Positions 25,608 to 35,214 of a DNA stretch of 46,703 nucleotides are shown here, in pieces. The stretch is from Escherichia phage 1H12. The stretch lies in the sequence record NC_049947.1; one strand, given 5' to 3'. The notes under the pieces are model-generated. The model did no database searches, was not told the DNA's origin, and was given only the letters and a program-made list of their open reading frames with translations. The first letter of the stretch is position 1, and each line of letters begins with the position of its first letter. A program made the translations under genes and the position numbers.

Positions 25608-25690
25608 GACTTACACGGTAAGCGTTATTCCGAAGAGCTTAAAATTGAAGCAGTCAAACGGGTTGTTGAGCGTGTTTATGCGCTGCCATC
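25608..25690 (+). mobile_element. possible remnant of an IS3-family transposase orfA (N-terminal fragment only)
   Basis: Frame translating to GKRYSEELKIEAVKRVVERV resembles the conserved N-terminus of IS3-family OrfA; no intact ORF or inverted repeats found. Confidence 0.3.
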
Positions 25691-25893
25691 TGATTAATCG
25701 ACGGAAGCAGTTCCGTTTGGTCTATGATGCAGTTGTCCGGCAGGCGCTCTGTGACGCAAAAGAACGATAGGAGTAGCATTGAAGTGAACGAGGTTATGCT
25801 TGTCTTATATTATCCTCTATTTTAAAAACATCAGCTGGTTGTGTAAGAGTTTTTATTGTTTTATCTTGTTGACTTTGCTTTTATGAAAACAGA

Positions 25894-26664
25894 GTGATTG
25901 ATACAATGAAAACCTTAAGTGGGAAAGAGTTTAGGAAATTATTTAATCGTTATGAGACAGGATTCTATCTAAGTGAGTTTGAATACTTAAAGGACTTTGA
26001 TCCTTTGTTTCCTGAATGCGTAGGGAAAGAATTAAAGTTGGGTTATAAACGAAAAGTTGATGTATGGTGCGAAGAGGATGCTGCGCTATATGCAGAATTT
26101 ATAGCTACAAAAGAAAGGCTGAAAAGAGGCCGGTTAATCCTAAAAATAAACCAAGTGTGGTCGCGTGTATATCCTGCTTATATTTATGCAATTGAAGAAA
26201 GAATAAATGTCAGGGCAAAGGGGAGAGAGTCATTTAAGTATGAAACTGTGCAAGAAAAACAATGTAAACTTTCCATAATGTTAGATGGTCTGAAAGACCT
26301 TGAATGTGAAATAGCTATGATTTCAAGTGAGTTTGAAATTGAAAAACACTCTATGCACTATTTTTATATGATTTTTGATATTGAACGCTATATAAATGAC
26401 TGCAGTTACTTTGTTTTTTCTGCTGCTAAAGTTGTTAAAGGCGTGATTCAATGCATTGGTTACATTGACAAAAATAACAAAGCAAGTTGCGATGAATTTT
26501 ATTCAGGCAGCTATGAATGCTTGGATGATGATCAGGAAACACTGAACTATTTAAATGAATCATGCGCAGAGGGTATAGACGCTGATAAAGATCTCATCAG
26601 GAAGAATGAGTTATTAGCCTTATCCCTGAAGGAATTGTATCAACTTCTCGTTTCAAAAAAATAA
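25894..26664 (+). CDS. hypothetical protein (AT-rich orphan cargo gene, soluble, Cys-rich)
   Basis: 256-aa ORF in a low-GC island between the sit operon and attP; GTG at 25894 or ATG at 25906; no family recognised. Confidence 0.6.
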   Translation: MIDTMKTLSGKEFRKLFNRYETGFYLSEFEYLKDFDPLFPECVGKELKLGYKRKVDVWCEEDAALYAEFIATKERLKRGRLILKINQVWSRVYPAYIYAIEERINVRAKGRESFKYETVQEKQCKLSIMLDGLKDLECEIAMISSEFEIEKHSMHYFYMIFDIERYINDCSYFVFSAAKVVKGVIQCIGYIDKNNKASCDEFYSGSYECLDDDQETLNYLNESCAEGIDADKDLIRKNELLALSLKELYQLLVSKK

Positions 26665-26990
26665 CAAGTAATACGGCGAGCGATATGACGTGCCATGGGA
26701 TATCCGCACCCAGCAGCATGTTGTCTCCACGATGTCCGCAGTTCGCTCATAATAGACATTCACTACAGTTATAGTAGAAGGTATGCATGCTGCTGAGTGG
26801 GGAAAGTGTGAAAGAAAAGAAGACAGCTGCTTTGTTTGTCGTCACGTTTATCTTCATTGGCTATGCAAGTCGTAATACAAGGCGGGACAAAACTGAGACA
26901 CATAAGGCCTCGCAATGGCTTGCAAGGCCACACATGTATTGAGATGTTAATAAAATGTAGACTTGTAATTTTGATATAAATGGTAGAGAA

Positions 26991-27003
26991 AATCTTTCCC
27001 CAA
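26991..27003 (+). repeat. arm-type repeat (ctttccccaaaa), putative Int arm-binding site on the P arm
   Basis: Copy of the ttccccaaaa motif that recurs three times in tandem next to int. Confidence 0.45.
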
Positions 27004-27123
27004 AATAAAAACGAACGTCAATGAAATCAAACGGTTGAATAAAGTTGATTTTGGCTAATACAAAGACAAGAAAATAATATTTATGATTAAATATCAGCGA
27101 GTTGAATACATAATTTTTATATA

Positions 27124-27288
27124 CTGTTACGCCATATGGGCTGGACTGAAGCCGCAGACCTGATTGTTAAAGGTATGGAAGGCGCAATCAACGCCAAGAC
27201 TGTAACCTATGACTTCGAACGTCTGATGGAAGGCGCTAAATTGCTGAAATGTAGCGAGTTTGGCGACGCGATCATCAAGAACATGTAA
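27124..27288 (+). other. icd: attP core region carrying the 3'-terminal ~55 codons of host icd (isocitrate dehydrogenase)
   Basis: Translates to [53 protein letters not shown], the Icd C-terminus with a few substitutions; no upstream icd sequence, so it is a phage-borne att fragment. Confidence 0.8.
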
Positions 27289-27310
27289 TCACTACATGTG
27301 TTAAATATTT

Positions 27311-27335
27311 AAACGGGCGTGTTATACGCCCGTTG
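27311..27335 (+). terminator. icd-type rho-independent terminator carried within attP
   Basis: Hairpin gggcgtgtta-tacgcccg followed by ttgtttt, directly after the icd stop. Confidence 0.6.
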
Positions 27336-27351
27336 TTTTATGATGATGTAA

Positions 27352-27392
27352 AATCTTCCCCAAAACTTTCCCCAAAACCCTTCCCCAAAACT
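27352..27392 (+). repeat. three tandem arm-type repeats (cttccccaaaac), putative Int arm-binding sites on the P' arm
   Basis: cttccccaaaac ttt ccccaaaac cc ttccccaaaac immediately next to the int gene. Confidence 0.6.
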
Positions 27393-27401
27393 GGCTATTT
27401 T

Positions 27402-28544
27402 CTATGCTGTTTTGATATCTACGATAACCCAGTCTTTACCACGATCATCATTGTATCGGTCGGTCATTTTTCTGGATTTATGGCCTAACAACTTTTGCGT
27501 ATCCAGACCCTGTTCCCGATATAACCGTTCTGACAGAGATCGCTGCTCATGAAATGTGGGCGCAGTTCCTTGCTCCCATTTTATGCCACATTTTTCCCTG
27601 GCCTTTTTAAAAGCCGTTGTCAGAGTATTTGCAGAAACCTGGTCTCCTCTGTTTGCTTGAGAGGTAGTGTGACGGTAATGGACCAGATATTTACTAACAA
27701 CAGCATCCCTGCACTGAGATATAACTTCACGAAGGGTAATATTCAGAGCATCGCATTTCAGGTTAAGCGGAATAGCAAGTTTTGAACCGGTTTTTTCCTG
27801 AGTAATGTGCAACATGTCGTCCCAGATATCAGAGAATTTCAAATTGCAGATATCACCTAAACGTTGTCCAGTAACAAGAGCAAGTAGCATGCCGCATTTT
27901 AAATAGGGCTGCCGTCTGCTTACGCTTTCAAATATTGCCTGCCATTCGGGCAGTGACAATCTTTGGCGGTTTACTCGATTTCGCGGTTGTTTTGTTGCCT
28001 GCGCTGGGTTAAATCCTGGCGGAACATGTCCTGCGTGTTGTGCTTCTTTGAAGACGTCGATCAACACCATTCTCACGACTTGCGCCATCCTGTTATGACC
28101 TTCAGCCTTTACAGCATCAATTATTTCGGCAATATCAAGTGCGGTAATATCCTTGAGGTGTTGCATTCCACAATGCTCACGGAAAAGACGAATGGGTTTG
28201 CCTTTTTGCCGATAGGAGTTGGGTCTTAGTTCATTATGTTGCAGCCTGTCCTCCTGGATAGAAATATATTTATCAAGCCATTCTGTCACCGTAATTTCTG
28301 AGCGCCTGCCTTTCATTCTTTCCAGACGCTCATTGACGCTTAATATTTGTCGGGTACGTTGTTCAGCAATAATGGTATTTGCTTCAGTAGCAACTTGTTT
28401 TGCTTCATTCTCATCAGTTCCTAAGCTATGAAAACGACCGGATAGTGGATGTTTGTATTGCCAATATACCTTTCCGGTTCGCTTATCTAATTTGCAATAT
28501 AAATTGGGTATAGAGATTTTGTGAGATCGGGGTCTAGCAGCCAT
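27402..28544 (-). CDS. int: tyrosine site-specific integrase (icd-targeting)
   Basis: 380-aa ORF with a C-terminal tyrosine recombinase catalytic region (HxxR...Y), adjacent to attP. Confidence 0.9.
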   Translation of the reverse strand: MAARPRSHKISIPNLYCKLDKRTGKVYWQYKHPLSGRFHSLGTDENEAKQVATEANTIIAEQRTRQILSVNERLERMKGRRSEITVTEWLDKYISIQEDRLQHNELRPNSYRQKGKPIRLFREHCGMQHLKDITALDIAEIIDAVKAEGHNRMAQVVRMVLIDVFKEAQHAGHVPPGFNPAQATKQPRNRVNRQRLSLPEWQAIFESVSRRQPYLKCGMLLALVTGQRLGDICNLKFSDIWDDMLHITQEKTGSKLAIPLNLKCDALNITLREVISQCRDAVVSKYLVHYRHTTSQANRGDQVSANTLTTAFKKAREKCGIKWEQGTAPTFHEQRSLSERLYREQGLDTQKLLGHKSRKMTDRYNDDRGKDWVIVDIKTA

Positions 28545-28770
28545 CAGCGATTATCCGTTGGAGTTTTGGGTTTGCGTTTATTGGGAGTTGCGGTTCTGCA
28601 AGCGTTCCTACAAAACGGGAATTTCGGTCAATCATCCAGTAGCGACCAACTTTTATAGCGGGTGGGGCCATCATTTTCCCTTGCGCGTATTTTTTCAGAA
28701 CTCGCTCACTTGGTGCTAAGTCCCCAAATTCTTCTTTAGCCCAGTCCTGTAAAGTGATTAGTCGAGACAT
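28534..28770 (-). CDS. xis: excisionase
   Basis: 78-aa ORF overlapping the int start; small basic DNA-binding protein at the canonical position. Confidence 0.75.
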   Translation of the reverse strand: MSRLITLQDWAKEEFGDLAPSERVLKKYAQGKMMAPPAIKVGRYWMIDRNSRFVGTLAEPQLPINANPKLQRIIADGC

Positions 28771-28909
28771 TTGTCCTCCTCTTAGCTGCTGAGGGAGTTT
28801 GTGACCGATATATCTGACATGATATTAAGCTCATGGCAGGTACATCTCTTGACTGGTCATAGAGATAAATTTAATGCTGAGAAATGCAGTATTGAATTTA
28901 TCAATTTTT

Positions 28910-29149
28910 CTATTTCCTGCGTATGGCACGTAACTTCTTAATGTGTTCTGCCGTTTCGATCTCTTCTGCTATCCGATCTGCATCAGCTTTATTCACAGGT
29001 TCAAAGTCATGATTAAAGCGGAACATGCTGGCGATACATGTTCTGCCTTTTCGGATGTAGTGAACTTTGTTGTAGGTAGAACGCAGGATTTTGCAGGGAG
29101 TGCCGTGGTGGTCGACGTACCAGGTGTTAGGAAAAATGATTCTGAGCAT
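28910..29149 (-). CDS. hypothetical protein
   Basis: 79-aa ORF in the region between xis and exo. Confidence 0.45.
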   Translation of the reverse strand: MLRIIFPNTWYVDHHGTPCKILRSTYNKVHYIRKGRTCIASMFRFNHDFEPVNKADADRIAEEIETAEHIKKLRAIRRK

Positions 29150-29196
29150 TTTTACACCTCAGTTGGACGATGTTGAAATTTGCTGCTTTGAGGCCA

Positions 29197-29415
29197 TCAC
29201 AATCCCCATTGTTTGTTCTTAAGTTCGATCTCCTCCTGGCAACTTGCACAAGTCCGACAACCCTGAACGACCAGGCGTCTTCGCTCATCTATCGGATCGC
29301 CACACTCACAACAATGAGTGGCAGATACAGTCTGGTAGTTCAGACGACGCATTTTTATTGCTGTATTGCGCTGTAATTCTTCGATTTCTGATGCTGAATC
29401 AATGATGTCTGCCAT
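29197..29415 (-). CDS. DksA/TraR-family C4 zinc-finger protein
   Basis: 72-aa ORF with CxxC...CxxC (CCECGDPIDERRRLVVQGCRTCASC). Confidence 0.75.
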   Translation of the reverse strand: MADIIDSASEIEELQRNTAIKMRRLNYQTVSATHCCECGDPIDERRRLVVQGCRTCASCQEEIELKNKQWGL

Positions 29416-29513
29416 CTTCCATTAATCCCTGAATTGTTGGTTAATACGCTTGAGGGTGAATGCGAATAATAAAAAAGGAGCCTGTAGCTCCCTGATGATT
29501 TTGCTTTTCATGT

Positions 29514-29813
29514 TCATCGCTCCTTAAAGACGCCGTTTAACATGCCGATCGCCAGGCTTAAATGAGTCGGTGTGAATCCCATCAGCGTTACCGTTTCGCG
29601 GTGCTTCTTCAGTACGCTACGGCAAATGTCATCGACGTTTTTATCCGGAAACTGCTGTCTGGCTTTTTTGATTTCAGAGTTAGCTTGACGGGCAATGCTG
29701 CGAAGGGCGTTTTTCTGCTGAGGTGTCACTGAACAAGCCCCATGCCGGAAAGCATAAGCACACAGAATATGAAGCCCGCCGCCAGAAAAATGCATTCTGT
29801 TGTTGTCATGCAA
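29514..29813 (-). CDS. hypothetical protein (lambda early-left small ORF-like; start uncertain)
   Basis: 99-aa ORF in the position of the small lambda ORFs between xis and exo. Confidence 0.5.
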   Translation of the reverse strand: MHDNNRMHFSGGGLHILCAYAFRHGACSVTPQQKNALRSIARQANSEIKKARQQFPDKNVDDICRSVLKKHRETVTLMGFTPTHLSLAIGMLNGVFKER

Positions 29814-29997
29814 GCTCTCTCTCGTTTGCCTCTGCTTTCGCCGCCATCATTTCCAGCTTTTGTGAAAGGGATGCGGCTAACGTATGAAATTCTTCGTCTG
29901 TTTCTGCTGGTATTGGCACAAACCTGACTCCAATTTGAGCAAGGCTATGTGCCATCTCAATGCTCGTTCTTAACTCAACAGGAGATGCTTTGTGCAT
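29806..29997 (-). CDS. hypothetical protein (lambda orf63-like)
   Basis: 63-aa ORF, same size and position as lambda orf63. Confidence 0.55.
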   Translation of the reverse strand: MHKASPVELRTSIEMAHSLAQIGVRFVPIPAETDEEFHTLAASLSQKLEMMAAKAEANERELA

Positions 29998-30158
29998 ACA
30001 GCCCCTCGTTTATTATTTATCTCCTCAGCCAGCCGCTGGGCTTTCAGTGGATTTTGGATAACAGAAAGGCCGGGAAATACCCAGCCTCGCTTTGTAACGG
30101 AGTAGACGAAAGTGATCGCGCCTACCCGGATATTATCGTGAGGATGCGTCATCGCCAT
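29970..30158 (-). CDS. hypothetical protein (lambda orf60a-like)
   Basis: 62-aa ORF immediately before exo in transcription order. Confidence 0.5.
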   Translation of the reverse strand: MAMTHPHDNIRVGAITFVYSVTKRGWVFPGLSVIQNPLKAQRLAEEINNKRGAVCTKHLLLS

Positions 30159-30829
30159 TGCTCCCCAAATACAAAACCAATTTCAGCCAGTGCCTCGTCC
30201 ATTTTTTCGATGAACTCCGGCACCATCTCGTCAAAACTCGCCATGTACTTTTCATCCCGCTCAACCACGACATAATGCAGTCCTTCACGCTTCATACGCG
30301 GGTCATAGTTGGCAAAGTACCAGGCATCTTTTCGTGTCACCCACATGCTGTACTGCACCTGGGCCATGTAAGCCGACTTTATGGCCTCGAAACCACCGAG
30401 CCGGAACTTCATGAAATCCCGGGAGGTAAACGGGCATTTCAGCTCAAGGCCATTGCCGTCACTGCATAAACCATCGGGAGAGCAGGCGGTGCGCATACTT
30501 TCGTCGCGATAGATGATCGGGGATTCAGTAACATTCACGCCGGAAGTGAATTCAAACAGAGTTCTGGCGTCGTTCTCGTACTGTTTTCCCCAGGCCAGCG
30601 CCTTAGCATTAACTTCCGGAGCCACACCGGTGCAAACCTCAGCCAGCAGGGTGTGGAAGTAGGACATTTTCATGTCAGGCCACTTCTTTCCTGAGCGGGG
30701 CTTTGCTATCACGTTGTGAACTTGTGAAGCGGTGATGACGCCGAGCCGTAATTTGTGCCACGCATCATCTCCCTGCTCGATAGCTCTCACGTCGATCCCG
30801 GTACGCTGCAGGATAATGTCCGGTGTCAT
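30149..30829 (-). CDS. exo: lambda exonuclease (Red-alpha)
   Basis: 226-aa [38 protein letters not shown], near-identical to lambda Exo. Confidence 0.95.
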   Translation of the reverse strand: MTPDIILQRTGIDVRAIEQGDDAWHKLRLGVITASQVHNVIAKPRSGKKWPDMKMSYFHTLLAEVCTGVAPEVNAKALAWGKQYENDARTLFEFTSGVNVTESPIIYRDESMRTACSPDGLCSDGNGLELKCPFTSRDFMKFRLGGFEAIKSAYMAQVQYSMWVTRKDAWYFANYDPRMKREGLHYVVVERDEKYMASFDEMVPEFIEKMDEALAEIGFVFGEQWR

Positions 30830-31611
30830 GCTGCCACCTTCTGTTCAGTGGCTTTTTGTTTCAGGAATCCAAGAGCTTTCACTGCTTCGTCCTGTGTCAG
30901 TTCTGACGATGCACGAATGTCGCGGCGAAATATCTGGGAACAGAGCGGCAATAAGTCGTCATCCCATGTTTTATCCAGGGCGATCAGCAGAGTGTTAATC
31001 TCCTGCATGGTTTCATCGTTAACCGGAGTGATGTCGCGTTCCGGCTGACGTTCTGCAGTGTATGCGGTATTTTCGACAATGCGCTCGGCTTCATCCTTGT
31101 CATAGATACCAGCAAATCCGAAGGCGAGACGGGCACACTGAATCATGGCTTTATGCCGTAACATCCGTTTGGGATGCGACTGCCACGGCCCCGTGATTTC
31201 TCTGCCTTCGCGAGTTTTGAATGGTTCGCGGCGGCATTCATCCATCCATTCGGTAACGCAGATCGGATGATTACGGTCCTTGCGGTAAATCCGGCATGTA
31301 CAGGATTCATTGTCCTGCTCAAAGTCCATGCCATCAAACTGCTGGTTTTCATTGATGATGCGGGACCAGCCATCAACGCCCACCACCGGAACGATGCCGT
31401 TCTGCTTATCAGGGAAGGCGTAAATTTCTTTCGTCCACGGATTAAGGCCGTACTGGTTGGCGACGATCAACAATGCGATGAACTGCGCATCGCTGGCATC
31501 ACCTTTAAATGCCGTCTGGCGAAGAGTGGTGATCAGTTCCTGTGGGTCGACAGAATCCATGCCGACACGTTCAGCCAGCTTCCCTGCCAGCGTTGCGAGT
31601 GCTGTACTCAT
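30826..31611 (-). CDS. bet: recombination protein Bet (Red-beta)
   Basis: 261-aa [40 protein letters not shown] matching lambda Bet. Confidence 0.95.
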   Translation of the reverse strand: MSTALATLAGKLAERVGMDSVDPQELITTLRQTAFKGDASDAQFIALLIVANQYGLNPWTKEIYAFPDKQNGIVPVVGVDGWSRIINENQQFDGMDFEQDNESCTCRIYRKDRNHPICVTEWMDECRREPFKTREGREITGPWQSHPKRMLRHKAMIQCARLAFGFAGIYDKDEAERIVENTAYTAERQPERDITPVNDETMQEINTLLIALDKTWDDDLLPLCSQIFRRDIRASSELTQDEAVKALGFLKQKATEQKVAA

Positions 31612-31616
31612 CCGTT

Positions 31617-32033
31617 TTATACCTCTGAATCAATATCAACCTGGTGGTGAGCAATGGTTTCAACCATGTACCGGATGTGTTCTGCCATGCGCTCCTGAAA
31701 CTCAACATCGTCATCAAACGCACGGGTAATGGCTTTTTTGCTGGCCCCGTGGCGTTGCAAATGATCGATGCATAGCGATTCAAACAGGTGCTGGGGCAGG
31801 CCTTTTTCCATGTCGTCTGCCAGTTCTGCCTCTTTCTCTTCACGGGCGATCTGCTGGTAGTGACGCGCCCAGCTCTGAGCCTCAAGACGATCCTGAATGT
31901 AATAAGCGTTCATGGCTGAACTCCTGAAATAGCTGTGAAAATATCGCCCGCGAAATGCCGGGCTGATTAGGAAAACAGGAAAGGGGGTTAGTGAATGCTT
32001 TTGCTTGATCTCAGTTTCAGTATTAATATCCAT
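31617..32033 (-). CDS. gam: host-nuclease (RecBCD) inhibitor Gam
   Basis: 138-aa ORF matching the long form of lambda Gam. Confidence 0.9.
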   Translation of the reverse strand: MDINTETEIKQKHSLTPFPVFLISPAFRGRYFHSYFRSSAMNAYYIQDRLEAQSWARHYQQIAREEKEAELADDMEKGLPQHLFESLCIDHLQRHGASKKAITRAFDDDVEFQERMAEHIRYMVETIAHHQVDIDSEV

Positions 32034-32131
32034 TTTTTATAAGCGTCGACGGCCTCACGAAACATCTTTTCATCGCCAATAAAAGTGGCGATAGTGAATT
32101 TAGTCTGGATAGCCATAAGTGTTTGATCCAT
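31988..32131 (-). CDS. kil: host cell-division inhibitor Kil
   Basis: Internal ATG gives a 47-aa product [47 protein letters not shown], as lambda Kil. Confidence 0.8.
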   Translation of the reverse strand: MDQTLMAIQTKFTIATFIGDEKMFREAVDAYKKWILILKLRSSKSIH

Positions 32132-32264
32132 TTTTTGGGACTCCTGGCTGATTAAGTATGTCGATAAGGCGTTTCCATCCGTCACGTAATTTACGGGTGA
32201 TTCGTTCAAGTAAAGATTCGGAAGGGCAGCCAGCAACAGGCCACCCTGCAATGGCATATTGCAT
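32100..32264 (-). CDS. cIII: CIII, FtsH (HflB) protease inhibitor that stabilises CII
   Basis: Reverse-strand translation gives [54 protein letters not shown] (54 aa, below the ORF-track cutoff), matching lambda CIII. Confidence 0.8.
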   Translation of the reverse strand: MQYAIAGWPVAGCPSESLLERITRKLRDGWKRLIDILNQPGVPKNGSNTYGYPD

Positions 32265-32336
32265 GGTGTGCTCCTTATTTATACATAACGAAAAACGCCT
32301 CGAGTGAAGCGTTATTGGTATGCGGTAACGCCGCGC

Positions 32337-32705
32337 TCAGGCGGCTTTGATAGTCATATCATCTGAATCAAATATTCCTGATGTATCGATATCGGTAATT
32401 CTTATTCCTTCGCTACCATCCATTGGAGGCCATCCTTCCTGACCATTTCCATCATTCCAGTCGAACTCACACACAACACCATATGCATTTAAGTCGCTTG
32501 AAATTGCTATAAGCAGAGCATGTTGCGCCAGCATGATTAATACAGCATTTAATACAGAGCCGTGTTTATTGAGTCGGTATTCAGAGTCTGACCAGAAATT
32601 ATTAATCTGGTGAAGTTTTTCCTCTGTCATTACGTCATGGTCGATTTCAATTTCTATTGATGCTTTCCAGTCGTAATCAATGATGTATTTTTTGATGTTT
32701 GACAT
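32337..32705 (-). CDS. ea10: Ea10-like protein
   Basis: 122-aa ORF MSNIKKYIIDYDWKASIEIEIDHDVMTEEK matching lambda Ea10. Confidence 0.85.
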   Translation of the reverse strand: MSNIKKYIIDYDWKASIEIEIDHDVMTEEKLHQINNFWSDSEYRLNKHGSVLNAVLIMLAQHALLIAISSDLNAYGVVCEFDWNDGNGQEGWPPMDGSEGIRITDIDTSGIFDSDDMTIKAA

Positions 32706-32722
32706 CTATTCATATCCTCACA

Positions 32723-32752
32723 GATAAAAAATCGCCCTCACATTGGAGGGCA
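32723..32752 (-). terminator. putative rho-independent terminator in the leftward early transcript (tL-like)
   Basis: Hairpin gccctc-acattg-gagggc with a U-run on the reverse strand. Confidence 0.55.
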
Positions 32753-32965
32753 AAGAAGATTTCCAATAATCAGAACAAGTCGGCTCCTGTTTAGTTACGA
32801 GCGACATTGCTCAGTGTATTCACTCGTTGGAATGAATACACAGTGCAGTGTTTATTAGTATGCCTGTCTTTTAACCACATCAGGCTCGGTGGTTCTCGTG
32901 TACCCCTACAGCGAGAAATCGGATAAACTCTATTCACCCCTACAGAGAGCAAAAGAGAAACGCCG

Positions 32966-33547
32966 ATGAACAACTCATGGTGGCAGGAACTAATGCATTT
33001 TTTCCTGCAAGGAATGACACTTAAACAGTTGATTCATATGCTAATCATCCTGATCATATTGATTATTGTTATGCCTGTAAGCGTAAAAGAATGGATAAAC
33101 CTGCATAATCCAGAAATCCTTCCTCATTACTGGATGTATTACATCCTGTTGTTTTGCGTTAGCTATGTGCTTAACGGCGTTGTTAATTCCGCTTATCACG
33201 CTGTGACTGTAAGAATTGAGATATTCGCTGCTCAGAAGCGCAAATCTAAAGAAGAGAAATACGTGCAAGATTTGTTTGATTCGTTAACTCTTGGAGAAAG
33301 AGCGTATTTGGCATTCGCTGTAGCCGCTAATAACCAGCTAAAGACAGAAAAGGGAAGCCCTGAAGCAATCTCATTGCTCGAAAAAGGGCTTCTTATTCGG
33401 GTACCTTCTGCTACTGGATATCCTGAAATCGACCGTTTTGTTATCCCGGAACGCTATAGAAATGAGTGCTACATTAGGTTTGCTGGGAAGAAAGACAGTC
33501 TTATGGATGAACTTATCGCTCAGGATAAGCATGGCAAAAACAAGTAA
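32966..33547 (+). CDS. sieB: superinfection exclusion protein B
   Basis: 193-aa ORF with an N-terminal membrane segment (MNNSWWQELMHFFLQGMTLKQLIHMLIILIILIIV), matching lambda/Rac SieB; transcribed opposite to the early-left operon. Confidence 0.85.
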   Translation: MNNSWWQELMHFFLQGMTLKQLIHMLIILIILIIVMPVSVKEWINLHNPEILPHYWMYYILLFCVSYVLNGVVNSAYHAVTVRIEIFAAQKRKSKEEKYVQDLFDSLTLGERAYLAFAVAANNQLKTEKGSPEAISLLEKGLLIRVPSATGYPEIDRFVIPERYRNECYIRFAGKKDSLMDELIAQDKHGKNK

Positions 33548-33563
33548 TTAGCAAATGAATTTA

Positions 33564-33872
33564 TCATCTCGCCGTCAGTTGTTTTGATTTCCGGTAGCCT
33601 GCCGCGTAAATAGCTACGTTTGGCAGGCAAACACTTCCACTGCATTCATCTACTTTCTTGCAGCGAAGGCTTCCGAGTGATATTGCTTTTTCAGAAAGGC
33701 TTAACCGCTTTCTCGGGTCTTCCTGAACAGGTTCCTCACTGTCTGTGCCGAAGATCGAATCGATGATGTTGCAGATGGAATCACGCTCGATGGCCAGCTT
33801 TCTGCGCCGCTCATGACGGCGAGTTTTGGCATTTCCTGCAAATGTTGATTTTCCGTACACGATTACCGTCAT
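33564..33872 (-). CDS. N: antitermination protein N (P22 gene 24 type)
   Basis: Internal ATG gives MTVIVYGKSTFAGNAKTRRHERRRKLAIERD..., an arginine-rich motif closely resembling P22 gp24. Confidence 0.8.
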   Translation of the reverse strand: MTVIVYGKSTFAGNAKTRRHERRRKLAIERDSICNIIDSIFGTDSEEPVQEDPRKRLSLSEKAISLGSLRCKKVDECSGSVCLPNVAIYAAGYRKSKQLTAR

Positions 33873-33990
33873 GATGTTTTCCTCATGTGAAATGGCTTTG
33901 GTGGTGATGCGCCAGATGCTGATCTTCTGGTTGCTGTCGTTACTGCTGCAATTCACATCACCCCAAACCCATCTCGTTTGGTATCTGTTC

Positions 33991-34023
33991 GCGCTTTGTC
34001 AGCGCATCATCGAAGTTAAAGAG
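33991..34023 (-). promoter_or_regulatory. nutL: nutL (boxA and boxB), P22-type
   Basis: Reverse strand reads boxA-like gctctttaa then boxB hairpin gcgctgacaaagcgc upstream of N. Confidence 0.6.
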
Positions 34024-34288
34024 CCTGCCAATCTGTTCCGTTTGGCTGCCAGCGTCCTGCTGATGGCGATTATAATGAACCAATAGTTCGATATTATCAA
34101 GAACTATAAGTACGAATTGTTTGTGGTTCATTAACTTAATGAGATATGTTTTTGATATGTAAAGGAATTTATTTTTGTAAAGATTGAAGATTGGTCAGTA
34201 GGAGAGAAAGAATTGTTTGCTGGCGTGTTAGTTCGTGGGTTAGCACATGTGCGGATGTTAAATAAGGTAGACGATCGTGAGGAAAAGA

Positions 34289-34311
34289 AAAACCGGCGCT
34301 GAGGCCGGGTA
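34289..34311 (-). terminator. putative rho-independent terminator after the 299-aa gene
   Basis: Reverse strand: cccggcc-tcagc-gccgg then tttttcttttcc, starting 4 nt past the stop codon. Confidence 0.55.
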
Positions 34312-34314
34312 TAA

Positions 34315-35214
34315 TTATTTGATTATTTCTTTTATAAAGACTTCTTTCGGTTGGTATTTTTTATCTGATGATTTGAGCTGGTACGTTATTGTTATATCAG
34401 CACGTACAGAAAATTTACCTGCAAAATCTGATGGGTTTACGTTGGGGCCAAGAACCATATTTACTCTTCGATCTATTAATCCAGGGATAACAGCAGCCCA
34501 ACCTTTCTCTGGATTGTCGAGGTCTAATGCACGGATTTCAACATCAACATCAAAATGATCCTGAGTATATGACTCTGGTGTGAAGACAACTTCAGTTGGG
34601 GCTTTTTTAATGGTTTCAGCGGGAATGGTCACTGTACCACCCCCTGTACCTATGACCATCGTAGATCCTTCGTCTGCCCTAGCTGGGGCAAGCGTCTTAA
34701 TGGAACTTTTGGCAAGAGTCTTCTTATTGGTTACCGTGCTTTCTATGATTGCTTGAAGACGGTCAGGTGAAATATTAGCCTCACCGGCACCAATATTGAT
34801 GATTGTATTGTTATTTGCTTCAAAGTGGGAGGTGTTGCTTGGAGCCATAGCCTTAGTTGCTAGAACTAAGCCATATCCAACCAGACCAATAACAACAGCA
34901 CCAACGAGAGCGTTTCTCATTTTCCCATTTCCGATCTTTGCATGAGCGCCAGCAAGAAACTTGTCCATTTCTTCTTGGCTACCAAAGAGGAGTTTAATAA
35001 CAATATCTTCATAAAGGCTTCCTGCTTCTAATCGCGCAACATGCACCGATATATCAAGGATATTAGCCCCTGTCAGTTCCTGCAAAACACCTTCTGATTG
35101 TTTTGCGATGGCCTCCCACCCTTGAAGGGAGGTAATCACATCTTTGATGCTTACAGGTTCTTTAGTTGAATAATATATGTTTTCGGTAAAGGTTAAAGAT
35201 AATTCTTGGGACAT
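34315..35214 (-). CDS. hypothetical single-pass membrane protein at the rexAB-equivalent position (candidate phage exclusion / abortive-infection protein)
   Basis: 299-aa ORF with RBS gaggg 5 nt upstream; one hydrophobic segment (~residues 100-122, NALVGAVVIGLVGYGLVLATKAM); AT-rich; lies between cI and the pL/nutL/N region. Confidence 0.65.
   Translation of the reverse strand: MSQELSLTFTENIYYSTKEPVSIKDVITSLQGWEAIAKQSEGVLQELTGANILDISVHVARLEAGSLYEDIVIKLLFGSQEEMDKFLAGAHAKIGNGKMRNALVGAVVIGLVGYGLVLATKAMAPSNTSHFEANNNTIINIGAGEANISPDRLQAIIESTVTNKKTLAKSSIKTLAPARADEGSTMVIGTGGGTVTIPAETIKKAPTEVVFTPESYTQDHFDVDVEIRALDLDNPEKGWAAVIPGLIDRRVNMVLGPNVNPSDFAGKFSVRADITITYQLKSSDKKYQPKEVFIKEIIK

Noticed and set aside
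27352-27392. Tandem short direct repeats considered as a possible CRISPR-like array
   Set aside because: Only three ~12-bp copies with 2-3 bp spacers immediately next to int; fits integrase arm-type binding sites, not CRISPR repeat-spacer architecture.
32791-32973. 60-aa reverse-strand ORF between ea10 and sieB
   Set aside because: Sits in the sieB promoter/leader region overlapping the tL-like terminator; no RBS; likely spurious.
33826-34086. 86-aa plus-strand ORF overlapping the N 5' end and nutL
   Set aside because: Antisense to N and the nutL/pL leader; no RBS; overlaps conserved regulatory RNA elements.
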